Assembly (NCBI GenBank): GCA_025999155.1
Contig: AP026679.1
Span: 291,996-355,995 of the forward strand
Direction of reading: 5' to 3'
Source of the DNA: Candidatus Dojkabacteria bacterium
GTDB taxonomy: Bacteria; Patescibacteriota; Dojkabacteria; JAOAGR01
DNA: 64,000 nucleotides
Under the pieces are notes generated by a model that saw nothing but the letters and a program-made list of their open reading frames with translations, had not been told where the DNA came from and searched no databases. Shown piece by piece: positions 31,330 through 42,736 of the stretch (position 1 is the stretch's first letter; every line of letters begins with the position of its first letter). The position numbers and the translations under genes were made by a program.

Positions 31330-31456
31330 GATTTAATCTACCATAAACTCATATCTATGTCACCATTCAAAAATTCATGAAGTGTACCTAGTGAATTGAG
31401 ATATGTAAGTAAAATCACTAAAATATTTAAGATTTTTAATCATAAAATACACGACT

Positions 31457-31861
31457 ATGAACAAATCAGTTTTTGCAAAAATTATTGACCGAGAAATTCC
31501 AGCTGAAATAGTCTGGGAAAATGATAAATTCATAATGATTTTGGATATTAACCCGATAGCAAGAGGACATGCCTTATTAATACCCAAAGTCCAAGTTGAT
31601 AAATTCTATGATTTAGATGATGAAACGTACAGTGAACTATTCAGGCTAACTAAATTATTTGCAAAAAAAATGGAAAAAACTTTTAAATGTGTGCGCACAG
31701 GTATAATAATAGAAGGATTTGGTGTACCACATGTACATGTGCATCTCATACCACTTGATCATGGTGGTATCATAGAAACAGGACACAAATACCAACCTAA
31801 AGAAGGGGAATTTAAAGAAGTAGGAGATTTAATGAGAAAATCCTTTGTAAATATTTACTAA
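31457..31861 (+). CDS. HIT family protein (histidine triad nucleotide-binding)
   Basis: histidine triad HVHVHLIP; N-terminal FAKII..EIPA..V.E.D. Confidence 0.85.
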   Translation: MNKSVFAKIIDREIPAEIVWENDKFIMILDINPIARGHALLIPKVQVDKFYDLDDETYSELFRLTKLFAKKMEKTFKCVRTGIIIEGFGVPHVHVHLIPLDHGGIIETGHKYQPKEGEFKEVGDLMRKSFVNIY

Positions 31862-31946
31862 AAACAAATTAGACAGCACACACCAGATAATCAAATCTAG
31901 AGGAAGAATTTGATAGTTTATTTTATTTTTTCGTATATAAAAATTA

Positions 31947-32291
31947 TTGTATAATCCTACGAATTTATTTGTGTTATACTTACATTACATGAATTGGGCA
32001 ACTGAACTAGTCAAAACTATATCCGGTCTCGAACTGACACCTAACTACGCGTATCTGTATTTAGGCTTCATCGCTGTAACAATAGGATTCGTAGCTTGGA
32101 TGATATATTACGCATTATTCAAAGGAGCAGTCAAAGAACTAGATCATGTAGAATGGTTATCTTTTAAAAATACAGTAAAATATACCGTAATCACTCTGGT
32201 AGCTATAGTATTCTTTAGTTCTCTTTTATTTGGCTACGACTTTCTTTTAGATCAATTAGTTAGTACAATAATACAGTATGCAAACAAATAG
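31947..32291 (+). CDS. secE: preprotein translocase subunit SecE
   Basis: C-terminal SecE TM/amphipathic region (ELDHVEWLSFKNTVKYTVITLVAIVFFSSLLFGYDFLLD); immediately upstream of nusG. Confidence 0.65.
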   Translation: MYNPTNLFVLYLHYMNWATELVKTISGLELTPNYAYLYLGFIAVTIGFVAWMIYYALFKGAVKELDHVEWLSFKNTVKYTVITLVAIVFFSSLLFGYDFLLDQLVSTIIQYANK

Positions 32292-32820
32292 CGATAAAAA
32301 AGCGAAATGGTACGTAGTTTACTGTAATAGCGGGCAAGAAGATACGGTGTCCGGTCTTATCAAAATAAGGGCACAAAATGCCGGTTTATCAGATCAAATA
32401 CAGGATTTTCTAGTCCCTACTGTGGAAAAGATTACCATACGTAAAGGGGAGAAAAAAACAGTAAAAGAAAAAGTTTACAAAGGCTATATTTTCATAAAAA
32501 TGGTGTTGAATGATCAGACATGGCCTTTGGTTAAAGATACTCCAGGAGTCATTAGATTTGCTGGTACAGGTAAAGAACCTACCCCCATACCAGAATCAGA
32601 AATCAAGGCGATTCAAGAAATTTCGGGCCAACAAATTTCCTCTTATAAACTTAATATTTCAGAAGGAGATAAAGTCAAAATCACATCAGGAGATTTCAAA
32701 GACTTTACTGGTACAGTTACAAAAATAGATTACGAAAATGGTAAAGTTACTGTCAATGTGATATTTCTAAACCGTGAAGTTCCAGTCGAACTGGATGTCA
32801 CACACATAGTACATCAATAA
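32278..32820 (+). CDS. nusG: transcription termination/antitermination factor NusG
   Basis: NGN domain (KWYVVYCNSGQEDTV) and C-terminal KOW (GDKVKITSGDFKDFTGTVTKID). Confidence 0.85.
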   Translation: MQTNSDKKAKWYVVYCNSGQEDTVSGLIKIRAQNAGLSDQIQDFLVPTVEKITIRKGEKKTVKEKVYKGYIFIKMVLNDQTWPLVKDTPGVIRFAGTGKEPTPIPESEIKAIQEISGQQISSYKLNISEGDKVKITSGDFKDFTGTVTKIDYENGKVTVNVIFLNREVPVELDVTHIVHQ

Positions 32821-32966
32821 AAATTTTATTAATGATTTATAGACCGAAGACTTTAGTCTATAAATATAATTATAACGTATAATTGTCTTTATCAAGTGTT
32901 ATATTCATTCTATAATAATTAATAATAAAGAGAATGATTTATAATTTATATTAAAATAAAAAAAGA

Positions 32967-33716
32967 ATGGCAGAAGCTAATACAAACAATCAAAACAATC
33001 AAAACAATCAAAACGATCAAAACAATCAGAAATCCAAGAAAAAATGGTTCACAATACCTGAAAGTTTTAAATATAAGCTTGTTATCTTTTTCTTAGTATT
33101 GTTATTAATTGGAGTAATTGGTGGAGGTGGTTATTTAGGCTATGTTGGTTATAAGACGCTGGGAGATAAAGATAGTGAAATACAAAATTTAAGAAAAGAG
33201 CTTGATAAATTGAACGCTGAGAGAGATTTGGGCATTGTAGATTTGCAGAAAAAATTAGATGAGAAAAATGCTAAGGTTGCAGAACTAGAAAACGAAGTTA
33301 ATTCACTAAAGACCGAGCTTAATGCAGCTCGAGCGAGAATAGATGAGTTAACGCCAAAAGACATACGTAATGTGGACTACAAAAAATTAATAAGAAATAA
33401 TGAGCTTAACGGTGATGTTTGGCTAAATCCGAGCTATGTTGACGTAAATGGTGATGGTAGGTTAGATGGTATATTCGCATATCGTACTGGAGGACCAGGT
33501 GAATTTCTTAATGTCTATGTTTACAGCTATTTTAACAACAATAATCTAACTCAAATTCTTAAAGCTGAAGGTTATTTATACGGAAAATATACTTTCGATA
33601 CAAATGAAAATGTTTTAGAAATACATTCACAAGCGGGAACTCCAGATGATCCAAGAATAGCAGTAAGTAGATTTAAATGGGACCCTGCACAAAGTAAAAT
33701 GGTGAAAGTATCGTAA
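32967..33716 (+). CDS. hypothetical membrane-anchored coiled-coil protein with N-terminal (N-N-Q)n repeat
   Basis: NNQNNQNNQNDQNNQ low-complexity, TM helix, heptad coiled coil, C-terminal globular domain; inserted between nusG and rplK. Confidence 0.5.
   Translation: MAEANTNNQNNQNNQNDQNNQKSKKKWFTIPESFKYKLVIFFLVLLLIGVIGGGGYLGYVGYKTLGDKDSEIQNLRKELDKLNAERDLGIVDLQKKLDEKNAKVAELENEVNSLKTELNAARARIDELTPKDIRNVDYKKLIRNNELNGDVWLNPSYVDVNGDGRLDGIFAYRTGGPGEFLNVYVYSYFNNNNLTQILKAEGYLYGKYTFDTNENVLEIHSQAGTPDDPRIAVSRFKWDPAQSKMVKVS
32986..33030 (+). repeat. 9-nt tandem repeat (caaaacaat)x5, in-frame, encoding (NNQ)n
   Basis: aacaatcaaaacaatcaaaacaatcaaaacgatcaaaacaatcag. Confidence 0.8.
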
Positions 33717-33860
33717 TTACTGGATTAGATTTTAAACATTTTCATGTCTAATAATTATTTGATTTAGAATTATTCATGAGTTTTTATTGGATTTTAATGT
33801 GTTCACCTATATCTTCTATATTTCAGTGTTTTTATATATAATCTTCAAGTCTATTTATTT

Positions 33861-34289
33861 ATGGCAAAAAAAATAAAGGCGGTAATCAAGATACAAGCCC
33901 CGGCTGGAAAGGCTACGCCTGCCCCTCCGATAGGACCAGCTTTAGGAGCAACTGGTATCGCGATCGGTGAGTTTGTCAAACAGTTCAATGATAGAACGGC
34001 TAATATGGGTGATTTGATAGTGCCTGCTGTCATCACAGTTTATGAAGACCGTTCGTTTACATTTGTGTTAAAAACTCCCCCTGCTTCTGAATTACTCAAA
34101 AAAGCAGCACAAATTCCAAAGGGATCTGGTAAACCAAATCGTGATAAAGTTGGCAAAATCACCAAAGCCCAAATCCGTGAAATAGCAGAAAAAAAGCTTC
34201 CGGATTTGAATACTACTGACATTGAAAAAGCTATGAAAATCATAGAAGGTACAGCAAAAAATATGGGATTGGAGGTGGTCGAGTCATGA
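33861..34289 (+). CDS. rplK: 50S ribosomal protein L11
   Basis: [12 protein letters not shown]...F signature. Confidence 0.9.
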   Translation: MAKKIKAVIKIQAPAGKATPAPPIGPALGATGIAIGEFVKQFNDRTANMGDLIVPAVITVYEDRSFTFVLKTPPASELLKKAAQIPKGSGKPNRDKVGKITKAQIREIAEKKLPDLNTTDIEKAMKIIEGTAKNMGLEVVES

Positions 34290-34969
34290 AAAGGGCAAAA
34301 AATTACAAAAAGATTTTAAACTCAATGAAAAAAGCTTCGGATCTGCGAAGCTATTTAGAAATAGCTTGTCAAACAAATCCCTATAAGTTTGACCAATCGA
34401 TAGAATTAAAGATAGCGATTAAAAGATCAGCAAAAAATGTTACACCTTATAAGGTATCGGTAACTTATCCTCATAATTTTGGTAAAAATGTAAAAATTCT
34501 GGTATTTGCCGAACAAGACGATGCAAAAAAAGCTATTGAGGCAGGGGCGGATTATGCAGGATTAGATGAATATATAAATAAGATAGCAAATGAGAGCTGG
34601 TTTGACTTTGACGTAGTAATTGCTACTCCGGCAGTAATGCCACAAATAGCCCGATTAGGAAGATTCTTAGGAGCAAAAGGACTAATGCCTAACCCAAAAA
34701 CAGGTACTGTAGTCAGCGATGTAGAAACTGCGGTAAAAGAATTTAAATCTGGTCGCAAGAACTACAAAGAAGATAAAACAGGAGTAATCAACACGGTCGT
34801 GGCAAAAGTATCGCAAGGACCAGAAAAAGCTATCGAGAATATAAAGACTTTAATTGATTCGCTAAAAGAAGTTAATCCAAATATAGCAAGAGAAATAAAA
34901 TCTATCCATATCAAAACGACAATGGGGCCAAGTATGAAATTGTCTACATTGGATGTAATGAATTTATAA
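34286..34969 (+). CDS. rplA: 50S ribosomal protein L1
   Basis: typical L1 sequence; 4-nt overlap with rplK. Confidence 0.9.
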   Translation: MKRAKNYKKILNSMKKASDLRSYLEIACQTNPYKFDQSIELKIAIKRSAKNVTPYKVSVTYPHNFGKNVKILVFAEQDDAKKAIEAGADYAGLDEYINKIANESWFDFDVVIATPAVMPQIARLGRFLGAKGLMPNPKTGTVVSDVETAVKEFKSGRKNYKEDKTGVINTVVAKVSQGPEKAIENIKTLIDSLKEVNPNIAREIKSIHIKTTMGPSMKLSTLDVMNL

Positions 34970-35000
34970 TAATTTAATTTAACAATCGTTTTGAAGTATA

Positions 35001-35027
35001 AAAAGCCTGGTTGTCCAGGCTTTTTAT
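35001..35027 (+). terminator. Rho-independent terminator after rplA
   Basis: AAAAGCCTGG-TTGT-CCAGGCTTTTT. Confidence 0.7.
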
Positions 35028-35129
35028 GTTACAAGTTTAAATTATTTAGACTGTAATCCTTTCTGTAGTATGAAAGAAACTTTAATTTAGATCGTTAGTC
35101 TGATACAATTCCTAAGGGTAAGGATAATT

Positions 35130-35999
35130 ATGGCACTTTCTATCAAAGCAGAAGAGTTATTTCACATTGGAGAATTGACGGTTACAAATTCTATGTTGTC
35201 AGCTTTTATTATCGTTATTGTATTAATAACTTTTTATGCTATTTATACTAAAAAATTAAATTTAATCCCGTCATCCTTCCAGCTATTTTTAGAGTGGATT
35301 ATTGAATCCATATACTCACTTGTACATAATGTTTTAGGACAACACAAGGCAAAACGTGTTTTCCCTATAATATTCAGTCTTTTTAGTTTGATAATAATAT
35401 CAAACTGGTTTGGACTACTCCCTACTACCGGTTCCATAGGTATAGCGGAAAAGAGTTATAAAGAAGGTGGCAGTCTTGGACAATTAATAGTATTTAACAT
35501 AGGTCAATCAAAGGAAGAAATTCACGAGTCTGATATCGCAGAAGAAAATAAAAAATTTCATTATGAGTTAATCCCCTTCTTCCGATCGCCATCCGCAGAT
35601 CTAAACTTCACAATTGCCTTAGCAATAATAGCGTTCGTATTAATACAATATAACGCTATAAAAGAAGGCGGATTACATTATTTAGGGAAATTTTTCGATT
35701 ACAGAGTGTCCATACCCACAGGTTGGAAAGTTGCTTTAGTACCATTCGCATTTTTAATCAATTTTCTATGGAAAACTCTAGAGCTAGTTTTAGAATTTTC
35801 CAAAATTTTGTCATTCTCATTCCGTTTGTTTGGAAATATATTTGCCGGTGAGGTTTTGCTTGTCGTTATAACAAGCTTATCGTTAGGAATCATAACTTTA
35901 CCCTTCCTAGGATTTGAGCTTTTTGTCGGATTTATACAATCAATAGTGTTTATATTCTTGACTATGGTGTTTATCCGAGTATCTCTTGATACTCATTAA
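35130..35999 (+). CDS. atpB: F0F1 ATP synthase subunit a
   Basis: polytopic; conserved Arg helix FSFRLFGNIFAGE. Confidence 0.85.
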   Translation: MALSIKAEELFHIGELTVTNSMLSAFIIVIVLITFYAIYTKKLNLIPSSFQLFLEWIIESIYSLVHNVLGQHKAKRVFPIIFSLFSLIIISNWFGLLPTTGSIGIAEKSYKEGGSLGQLIVFNIGQSKEEIHESDIAEENKKFHYELIPFFRSPSADLNFTIALAIIAFVLIQYNAIKEGGLHYLGKFFDYRVSIPTGWKVALVPFAFLINFLWKTLELVLEFSKILSFSFRLFGNIFAGEVLLVVITSLSLGIITLPFLGFELFVGFIQSIVFIFLTMVFIRVSLDTH

Positions 36000-36049
36000 A
36001 ATTAAGTAGAAGAACTTGGCAATTTGTTAAATTTGAAAGATTAGGTTAG

Positions 36050-36307
<258 letters not shown>

Positions 36308-36310
36308 AAA

Positions 36311-36799
36311 ATGGAAGAATTAGGAATAAATCTAGTGCAGATAATATCCTATGTTGTTATATTCCTATTGCTTTATTATTTTACGAGAAGATTTGTAAAA
36401 CGTGTCCTAGACAATATTGAAAAAAGAAAAAATATTATTGAGGAAGGCATACACAACGCGGCTAAAGCTCAAGAATTAAAAGAAGAAAAACTCAAAGAAG
36501 CAGAAGAAGAAAAGAAAGAAATCTTACGTAAAGCATTTATCGAGTCTGAAGATATTTTAGCAAAAGCAAAATCACAAGCAGAAAGTATCCTCGAAAAAGC
36601 AAAAACAGAAAAAGAAATAGTATTATCGAATGCAAAGAAGGAAATCGAAAATCTAAAGAATCAAGCAACTTTAGAAGGTTTGAACCGTGCTAATGAAATC
36701 ATTGCATTAGCAATGCAAAAGGCATTTGAAGGTGTTCAGCTAAGTGATGCAGATCACGCTCGCATCATTCAACAAGCTCTGGAAAAAATACGCAAATGA
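36311..36799 (+). CDS. atpF: F0F1 ATP synthase subunit b
   Basis: N-terminal TM plus long charged helix; operon position. Confidence 0.75.
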   Translation: MEELGINLVQIISYVVIFLLLYYFTRRFVKRVLDNIEKRKNIIEEGIHNAAKAQELKEEKLKEAEEEKKEILRKAFIESEDILAKAKSQAESILEKAKTEKEIVLSNAKKEIENLKNQATLEGLNRANEIIALAMQKAFEGVQLSDADHARIIQQALEKIRK

Positions 36800-37017
36800 T
36801 AACCGTTTTTACAAAAATTGAACTTAACGAAAATCTTAAGAAAATTGTGGTTCAAGCGTTAGGCAGTTATCTTGGCCATGCAATAAATATTGATGACGTG
36901 GTGTTCAATGTAGATAAATCCATAATTGCAGGACTCAAGATAAATATAGATTCGGAAATTATAGATCTGACCATTAATTACAAATTGCAAGAAATTATTA
37001 ATATATTGAAGTCATAA
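36796..37017 (+). CDS. atpH: F0F1 ATP synthase subunit delta, truncated (C-terminal domain only, 73 aa)
   Basis: VDKSIIAGLKINIDSEIIDLTI matches the delta/OSCP C-terminal beta domain; sits between atpF and atpA with 4-nt and 1-nt overlaps. Confidence 0.55.
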   Translation: MITVFTKIELNENLKKIVVQALGSYLGHAINIDDVVFNVDKSIIAGLKINIDSEIIDLTINYKLQEIINILKS

Positions 37018-38564
37018 TGGTCGAAAGCATAAAAAATAAAATAAATCAAATAGATTTTAGTAAGCCAGGTATATACTCAGAGGGAGAGGTAATATCTTAC
37101 GGCGATGGTATAGCTACAATTAATGGTCTTAAGAATGTAGCTATGGGTGAAGTGGTGCATATTTATGAATATGGCAGCCATGGAAAGTACGCACCAGCTC
37201 TCGCATTTAACCTAAGCTATGATACAGTCGGAGTCATATTACTGGATGAAACTTTGAATATTCAAACAGGTTGTATAGCAAAAACGACGGGAGAAACTCT
37301 AAATATTGAAGTAAGTGATGCTTTTTTAGGTAGAGTTATCGATATATTTGGTCGTCCAATTGATGGAAAAGGTAATATATTTCACCCGAATCCTAAAAAA
37401 CAACCAGTCGAGCGTAAGGCGTATGGTGTTATAGATAGAGAAAGTGTTAATGTACCACTTCAAACAGGCATTATTGCTATAGATGCACTTATACCTATAG
37501 GACGAGGACAAAGAGAGTTAATTATTGGAGATCGTCAAACAGGCAAAACTGCTCTTGCATTAGATATCATTATTAATCAAGGTAGAATCAACCAGAGAAT
37601 TGAAAATGGTGAAATTGAAGGTAAACCAGTATATTCAATTTATGTTGCAATAGGGCAAAAACAATCAAAAGTTGCCCAAATAATACGTAAACTTGAAGAA
37701 TTAAATGTATTAAAGTATACGATAGTACTTTCGGCTAGTAGTTCTGATTCTGCAAGTGTCCAATATCTAGCACCTTATGTGGGTACAGCAATAGGTGAAT
37801 ACTTTATGGAAATAGGTGATGACGCTCTAATAGTATATGATGACTTATCTAAACATGCACGGGCCTACAGGCAAATATCATTATTACTACACAGACCCCC
37901 TGGACGGGAAGCCTACCCTGGTGATATTTTTTATTTACACTCAAGGCTACTTGAGCGTAGTGCCAGACTAAATAAGTCTTTGGGAGGAGGATCTCTTACT
38001 TCCCTACCAATAATAGAAACTCTTGCAGGAGATATATCTGCTTACATTCCTACCAATGTAATATCTATTACTGACGGACAAATTTATCTCAAATCTGAAC
38101 TATTTAATAGTGGAATAAAACCTGCCATTGATATAGGAAACTCGGTATCACGTGTAGGAGGAAGTGCACAAATTAAGGCTATGAAGCAAGTGGCTGGACC
38201 TCTAAAACTAAATTTAGCACAGTTTAGAGAATTGCAGACTTTTGTTCAATTTGGCGTGGAAGTAGATCCAACAACACAAAAGAAAATAGATTTAGGGCTT
38301 AGATTAGTCGAAATATTAAAACAAGATCAATATTCGAGCATGCCAGTTGAAGAGGAAGTTGTGTTATTATGGGCAGTAACGCAAGGCTATGCTAACGATA
38401 TAGATTTAGAAAAGGTCCAGCCTTGGAGTAAAAGCTTATTACAATTTTTCCGTGATTATTATGCTGATACTCTACTCCATATCAACAAAGAAAAGGTTCT
38501 CAGTTCAGAAATAGAAATTAAACTTAGACAAGCAATTGACGAATTTAAAACCAAGGGAGAGTAA
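37017..38564 (+). CDS. atpA: F0F1 ATP synthase subunit alpha
   Basis: GDRQTGKT P-loop, full length. Confidence 0.95.
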   Translation: MVESIKNKINQIDFSKPGIYSEGEVISYGDGIATINGLKNVAMGEVVHIYEYGSHGKYAPALAFNLSYDTVGVILLDETLNIQTGCIAKTTGETLNIEVSDAFLGRVIDIFGRPIDGKGNIFHPNPKKQPVERKAYGVIDRESVNVPLQTGIIAIDALIPIGRGQRELIIGDRQTGKTALALDIIINQGRINQRIENGEIEGKPVYSIYVAIGQKQSKVAQIIRKLEELNVLKYTIVLSASSSDSASVQYLAPYVGTAIGEYFMEIGDDALIVYDDLSKHARAYRQISLLLHRPPGREAYPGDIFYLHSRLLERSARLNKSLGGGSLTSLPIIETLAGDISAYIPTNVISITDGQIYLKSELFNSGIKPAIDIGNSVSRVGGSAQIKAMKQVAGPLKLNLAQFRELQTFVQFGVEVDPTTQKKIDLGLRLVEILKQDQYSSMPVEEEVVLLWAVTQGYANDIDLEKVQPWSKSLLQFFRDYYADTLLHINKEKVLSSEIEIKLRQAIDEFKTKGE

Positions 38565-39448
38565 TGTCTAGTTTTTATGAATTAAAAAACCGTATAAATA
38601 CAGTTAAAAACACAGGACAGGTAACTAAGGCTCTAAAAATAGTTGCAGCGGCAAAACAAAAAAAATCCCAAACGAATTTAAAAAACTCTAGATACATACG
38701 TGATGCCTTACAAAAAATTATAGCTCAAATTCGCAAAGAATTAGGTAATGCTATCGAAAAAAACTACTTGCCGCTATTGTTTATTCCAAATCTTGAATCC
38801 AATAAGGTATTGATGGTCACGGTGATGTCAAAAAGAGGACTATGTGGCCCCCTAAACTCTAAATTGTTTTACAAAATTCTACTTAAAAAATCTGAATTAG
38901 AAGGCAAAGGCTATCATGTTCATTTTATCTCAGTCAATAAATTAGCCCAAAAATTCTTACGTAATTTTAACGAAGATGTTATCGCGTTTTTTTCTGATAT
39001 ATCAGAAAACCCTAGTCTGGACGATGTCAGCCCAATTATTAATCTAGTCAAAGAATCATATACTAAATATAGATATGTATTTTTGTGCTATTCTGACTTT
39101 GTGAAAAGCGGAATATATGAGCAAAAGATAAACCAATTACTGCCAATTGATTTACCTGAAAACAGTAATGATAATCATGATAAAAACCGTAATCTTCTGT
39201 ATTCTCAATATATAATCGAGCCAGATCCAGTCTATGTACTAGATCAAATGTCAAATTTATATGTTGATTTAGAGATTTACGAAGCTATATTGTCAAGTAT
39301 AGCATCAGAAAATACGGCCCGAATGATATCCATGAGTAAAGCTACTGATAATATCCAAAAACTTGTATACCAGCTAACTTTGAAGCTCAATAAGGAAAGA
39401 CAGGCAAGAATAACCAAACAAGTCGCAGAAATTAGTGCAAACTTATAA
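38564..39448 (+). CDS. atpG: F0F1 ATP synthase subunit gamma
   Basis: N-terminal RI.TVKNT..T.ALK.VAAAK and C-terminal helix ITKQVAEISANL. Confidence 0.85.
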   Translation: MSSFYELKNRINTVKNTGQVTKALKIVAAAKQKKSQTNLKNSRYIRDALQKIIAQIRKELGNAIEKNYLPLLFIPNLESNKVLMVTVMSKRGLCGPLNSKLFYKILLKKSELEGKGYHVHFISVNKLAQKFLRNFNEDVIAFFSDISENPSLDDVSPIINLVKESYTKYRYVFLCYSDFVKSGIYEQKINQLLPIDLPENSNDNHDKNRNLLYSQYIIEPDPVYVLDQMSNLYVDLEIYEAILSSIASENTARMISMSKATDNIQKLVYQLTLKLNKERQARITKQVAEISANL

Positions 39449-39486
39449 ATGATGTATATATTTAGGATATTTTAATAAGGCTTTAA

Positions 39487-40950
<1,464 letters not shown>

Positions 40951-40972
40951 AATATTTTTTGTATCAAGATAA

Positions 40973-41347
40973 ATGAAAGTCTATATCAGTACAGAGAAAA
41001 ATATATTATTAGATGGATTAGAATGTGAATCAGTCACCCTCCCTACTCTAAGTGGTGAAATTACCATTTTAGATGATCATAATCCTATAATAGGAGTCTT
41101 ATCAAAAGGTAAAATTCGCATACTGATAGAAAATACCAATGTCATACCCGAAATTGATGTAGATAGTGGCTACTTTGAACTAAATAATAATAATCTAACA
41201 ATATTAGTGACTAAGACTGGGCTTTCATTGGATGAAATTTCTGATATTAAACAAAAGGCCATACAGGCACGAACAAAAACTATTGGTCAAGAAGATAAAA
41301 TCAGTGAAAAAGAGTTTATAGAACGTCAAACAAGTGAAGGTTTTTGA
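40973..41347 (+). CDS. atpC: F0F1 ATP synthase subunit epsilon
   Basis: 124 aa, N-terminal beta-sandwich sequence, operon terminal position. Confidence 0.8.
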   Translation: MKVYISTEKNILLDGLECESVTLPTLSGEITILDDHNPIIGVLSKGKIRILIENTNVIPEIDVDSGYFELNNNNLTILVTKTGLSLDEISDIKQKAIQARTKTIGQEDKISEKEFIERQTSEGF

Positions 41348-41349
41348 TC

Positions 41350-41590
41350 ACTGATACGTTTTGTCTAAATATACTTTGAAATATATCTTTGAAAATATCT
41401 GCAAATTCGTTATAATTCGTTAGCGGTCTAAGAAATCAGGCATAGTTAGATAAATGCTTTTTTGTCTAACTAATAAGACCTGACGAGACTATACAAATGC
41501 CAATTAAGTCATTATATTTTCCGGTCTCGTATTTCTTAGTGCTGCGCACCTTTCGGGGGAGGTGTAATATTTATTTTGTAAAAAAATCGA
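41350..41590 (+). promoter_or_regulatory. rplJ 5' leader (possible L10/L12 autoregulatory leader)
   Basis: 240-nt untranslated spacer upstream of the MAKTKAQK start; the track ORF start at 41497 is probably not the true start. Confidence 0.3.
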
Positions 41591-42096
41591 TGGCAAAGAC
41601 AAAAGCTCAAAAAAGCCAATTACTAGCTCAATACGAACAGTATCTCAGAGAAGCTAAAGCTGTTTATTTAGCTTCGATGAATTTGACTGCTAATGAGACC
41701 GTTGAGTTAAAGCGTCGTTTAAAAAATCATGATGCTGTTTATACTGTGATTAAAAACACTTTATTTCGTATTGCTGTTCAAAATACGCTGAACAAAGAAA
41801 TTGATTTGAAAGGTCCCATTAGCGCAGTAACTGTCAAAGGAGATATTGTAGAGGTCGCAAAAGAGTTAGCTAAGTTAAAAAAAGAAGACAAAGCTCATTT
41901 TATTTCGATGATTTTAGATGGTAATATTGATGATGGTACGAAGATAGATCAAATATCGAAGCTTGAATCAAAAGAACAGTTACTAGGTAAGTTGATGTAC
42001 TTACTCAATTATCCAACGGCAGGGCTTGCTAGAGCTCTTGCTAACAATATTCAAAAATTATTATATGCACTTAATGCAGTAAAAAATTTAAAATAA
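41591..42096 (+). CDS. rplJ: 50S ribosomal protein L10
   Basis: L10 N-terminal signature from MAKTKAQKSQLLAQY... Confidence 0.85.
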
Positions 42097-42102
42097 ACGA
42101 CT

Positions 42103-42492
42103 ATGGCAGATAAAAAATTAACTATACAAGAAATAGTAGATGCAGTTGCTGAGCTCAATGTACTTGAGCTTTCAGAACTTGTTAAAGCAATTGAAGATAA
42201 ATTTGGGGTTACTGCAGCTGCTCCTGTTGCAGTAGCTGCGGCTGCTCCTGTAGCTGCTGAAGCTCCAGCAGAAGAGAAATCAGAATTTGATGTAGAAATC
42301 ACGGAAGCTGGGGCAAATAAGATTGCAGTAATCAAAGCTCTTCGAGAATTAGACCAGACTCTAGGTCTCGCTGAGGCAAAAGCAAAAGTAGATGCTGCAC
42401 CAACAGTTGTTGCAAGTGAGGTTGCAAAAGACAAGGCTGAAGCTATGAAAAAGAAACTCGAAGAAGCAGGTGCAAAAGTAACATTGAAGTAA
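42103..42492 (+). CDS. rplL: 50S ribosomal protein L7/L12
   Basis: Ala-rich hinge and C-terminal domain [16 protein letters not shown]. Confidence 0.9.
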   Translation: MADKKLTIQEIVDAVAELNVLELSELVKAIEDKFGVTAAAPVAVAAAAPVAAEAPAEEKSEFDVEITEAGANKIAVIKALRELDQTLGLAEAKAKVDAAPTVVASEVAKDKAEAMKKKLEEAGAKVTLK

Positions 42493-42518
42493 AAGATACA
42501 TTATTACATATCAAGTTA

Positions 42519-42547
42519 AAACCGCCATGTAAACATGGCGGTTTTTC
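42519..42547 (+). terminator. Rho-independent terminator after rplL
   Basis: AAACCGCCATG-TAAA-CATGGCGGTTTTT. Confidence 0.75.
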
Positions 42548-42736
42548 ATTACACTATTAGTAGTGTAAATTTAATTTTGTGTACACATTTAAATCATATA
42601 CGAATTCAAACAGTAAAATTTCGAGTAGAGCACAATATTATTAAATTGAGGAAAAATTACGAACATACCTACTATACATAGCTATGTATTAGCATCAATA
42701 CGTTGACAATTCTATTCCAATTTATTATCGTGTCGT

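Noticed and set aside
41497-41590. ORF-track start for rplJ at 41497 (MPIKSLYFPVSYFLVLRTFRG...)
   Set aside because: The L10 family starts at MAKTKAQK (41591). The upstream 31 codons are more plausibly untranslated leader.
42051-42434. 127-aa Ala/Ser-rich minus-strand ORF
   Set aside because: It is antisense to rplL, whose Ala-rich hinge (GCN codons) creates an open antisense frame. Spurious.
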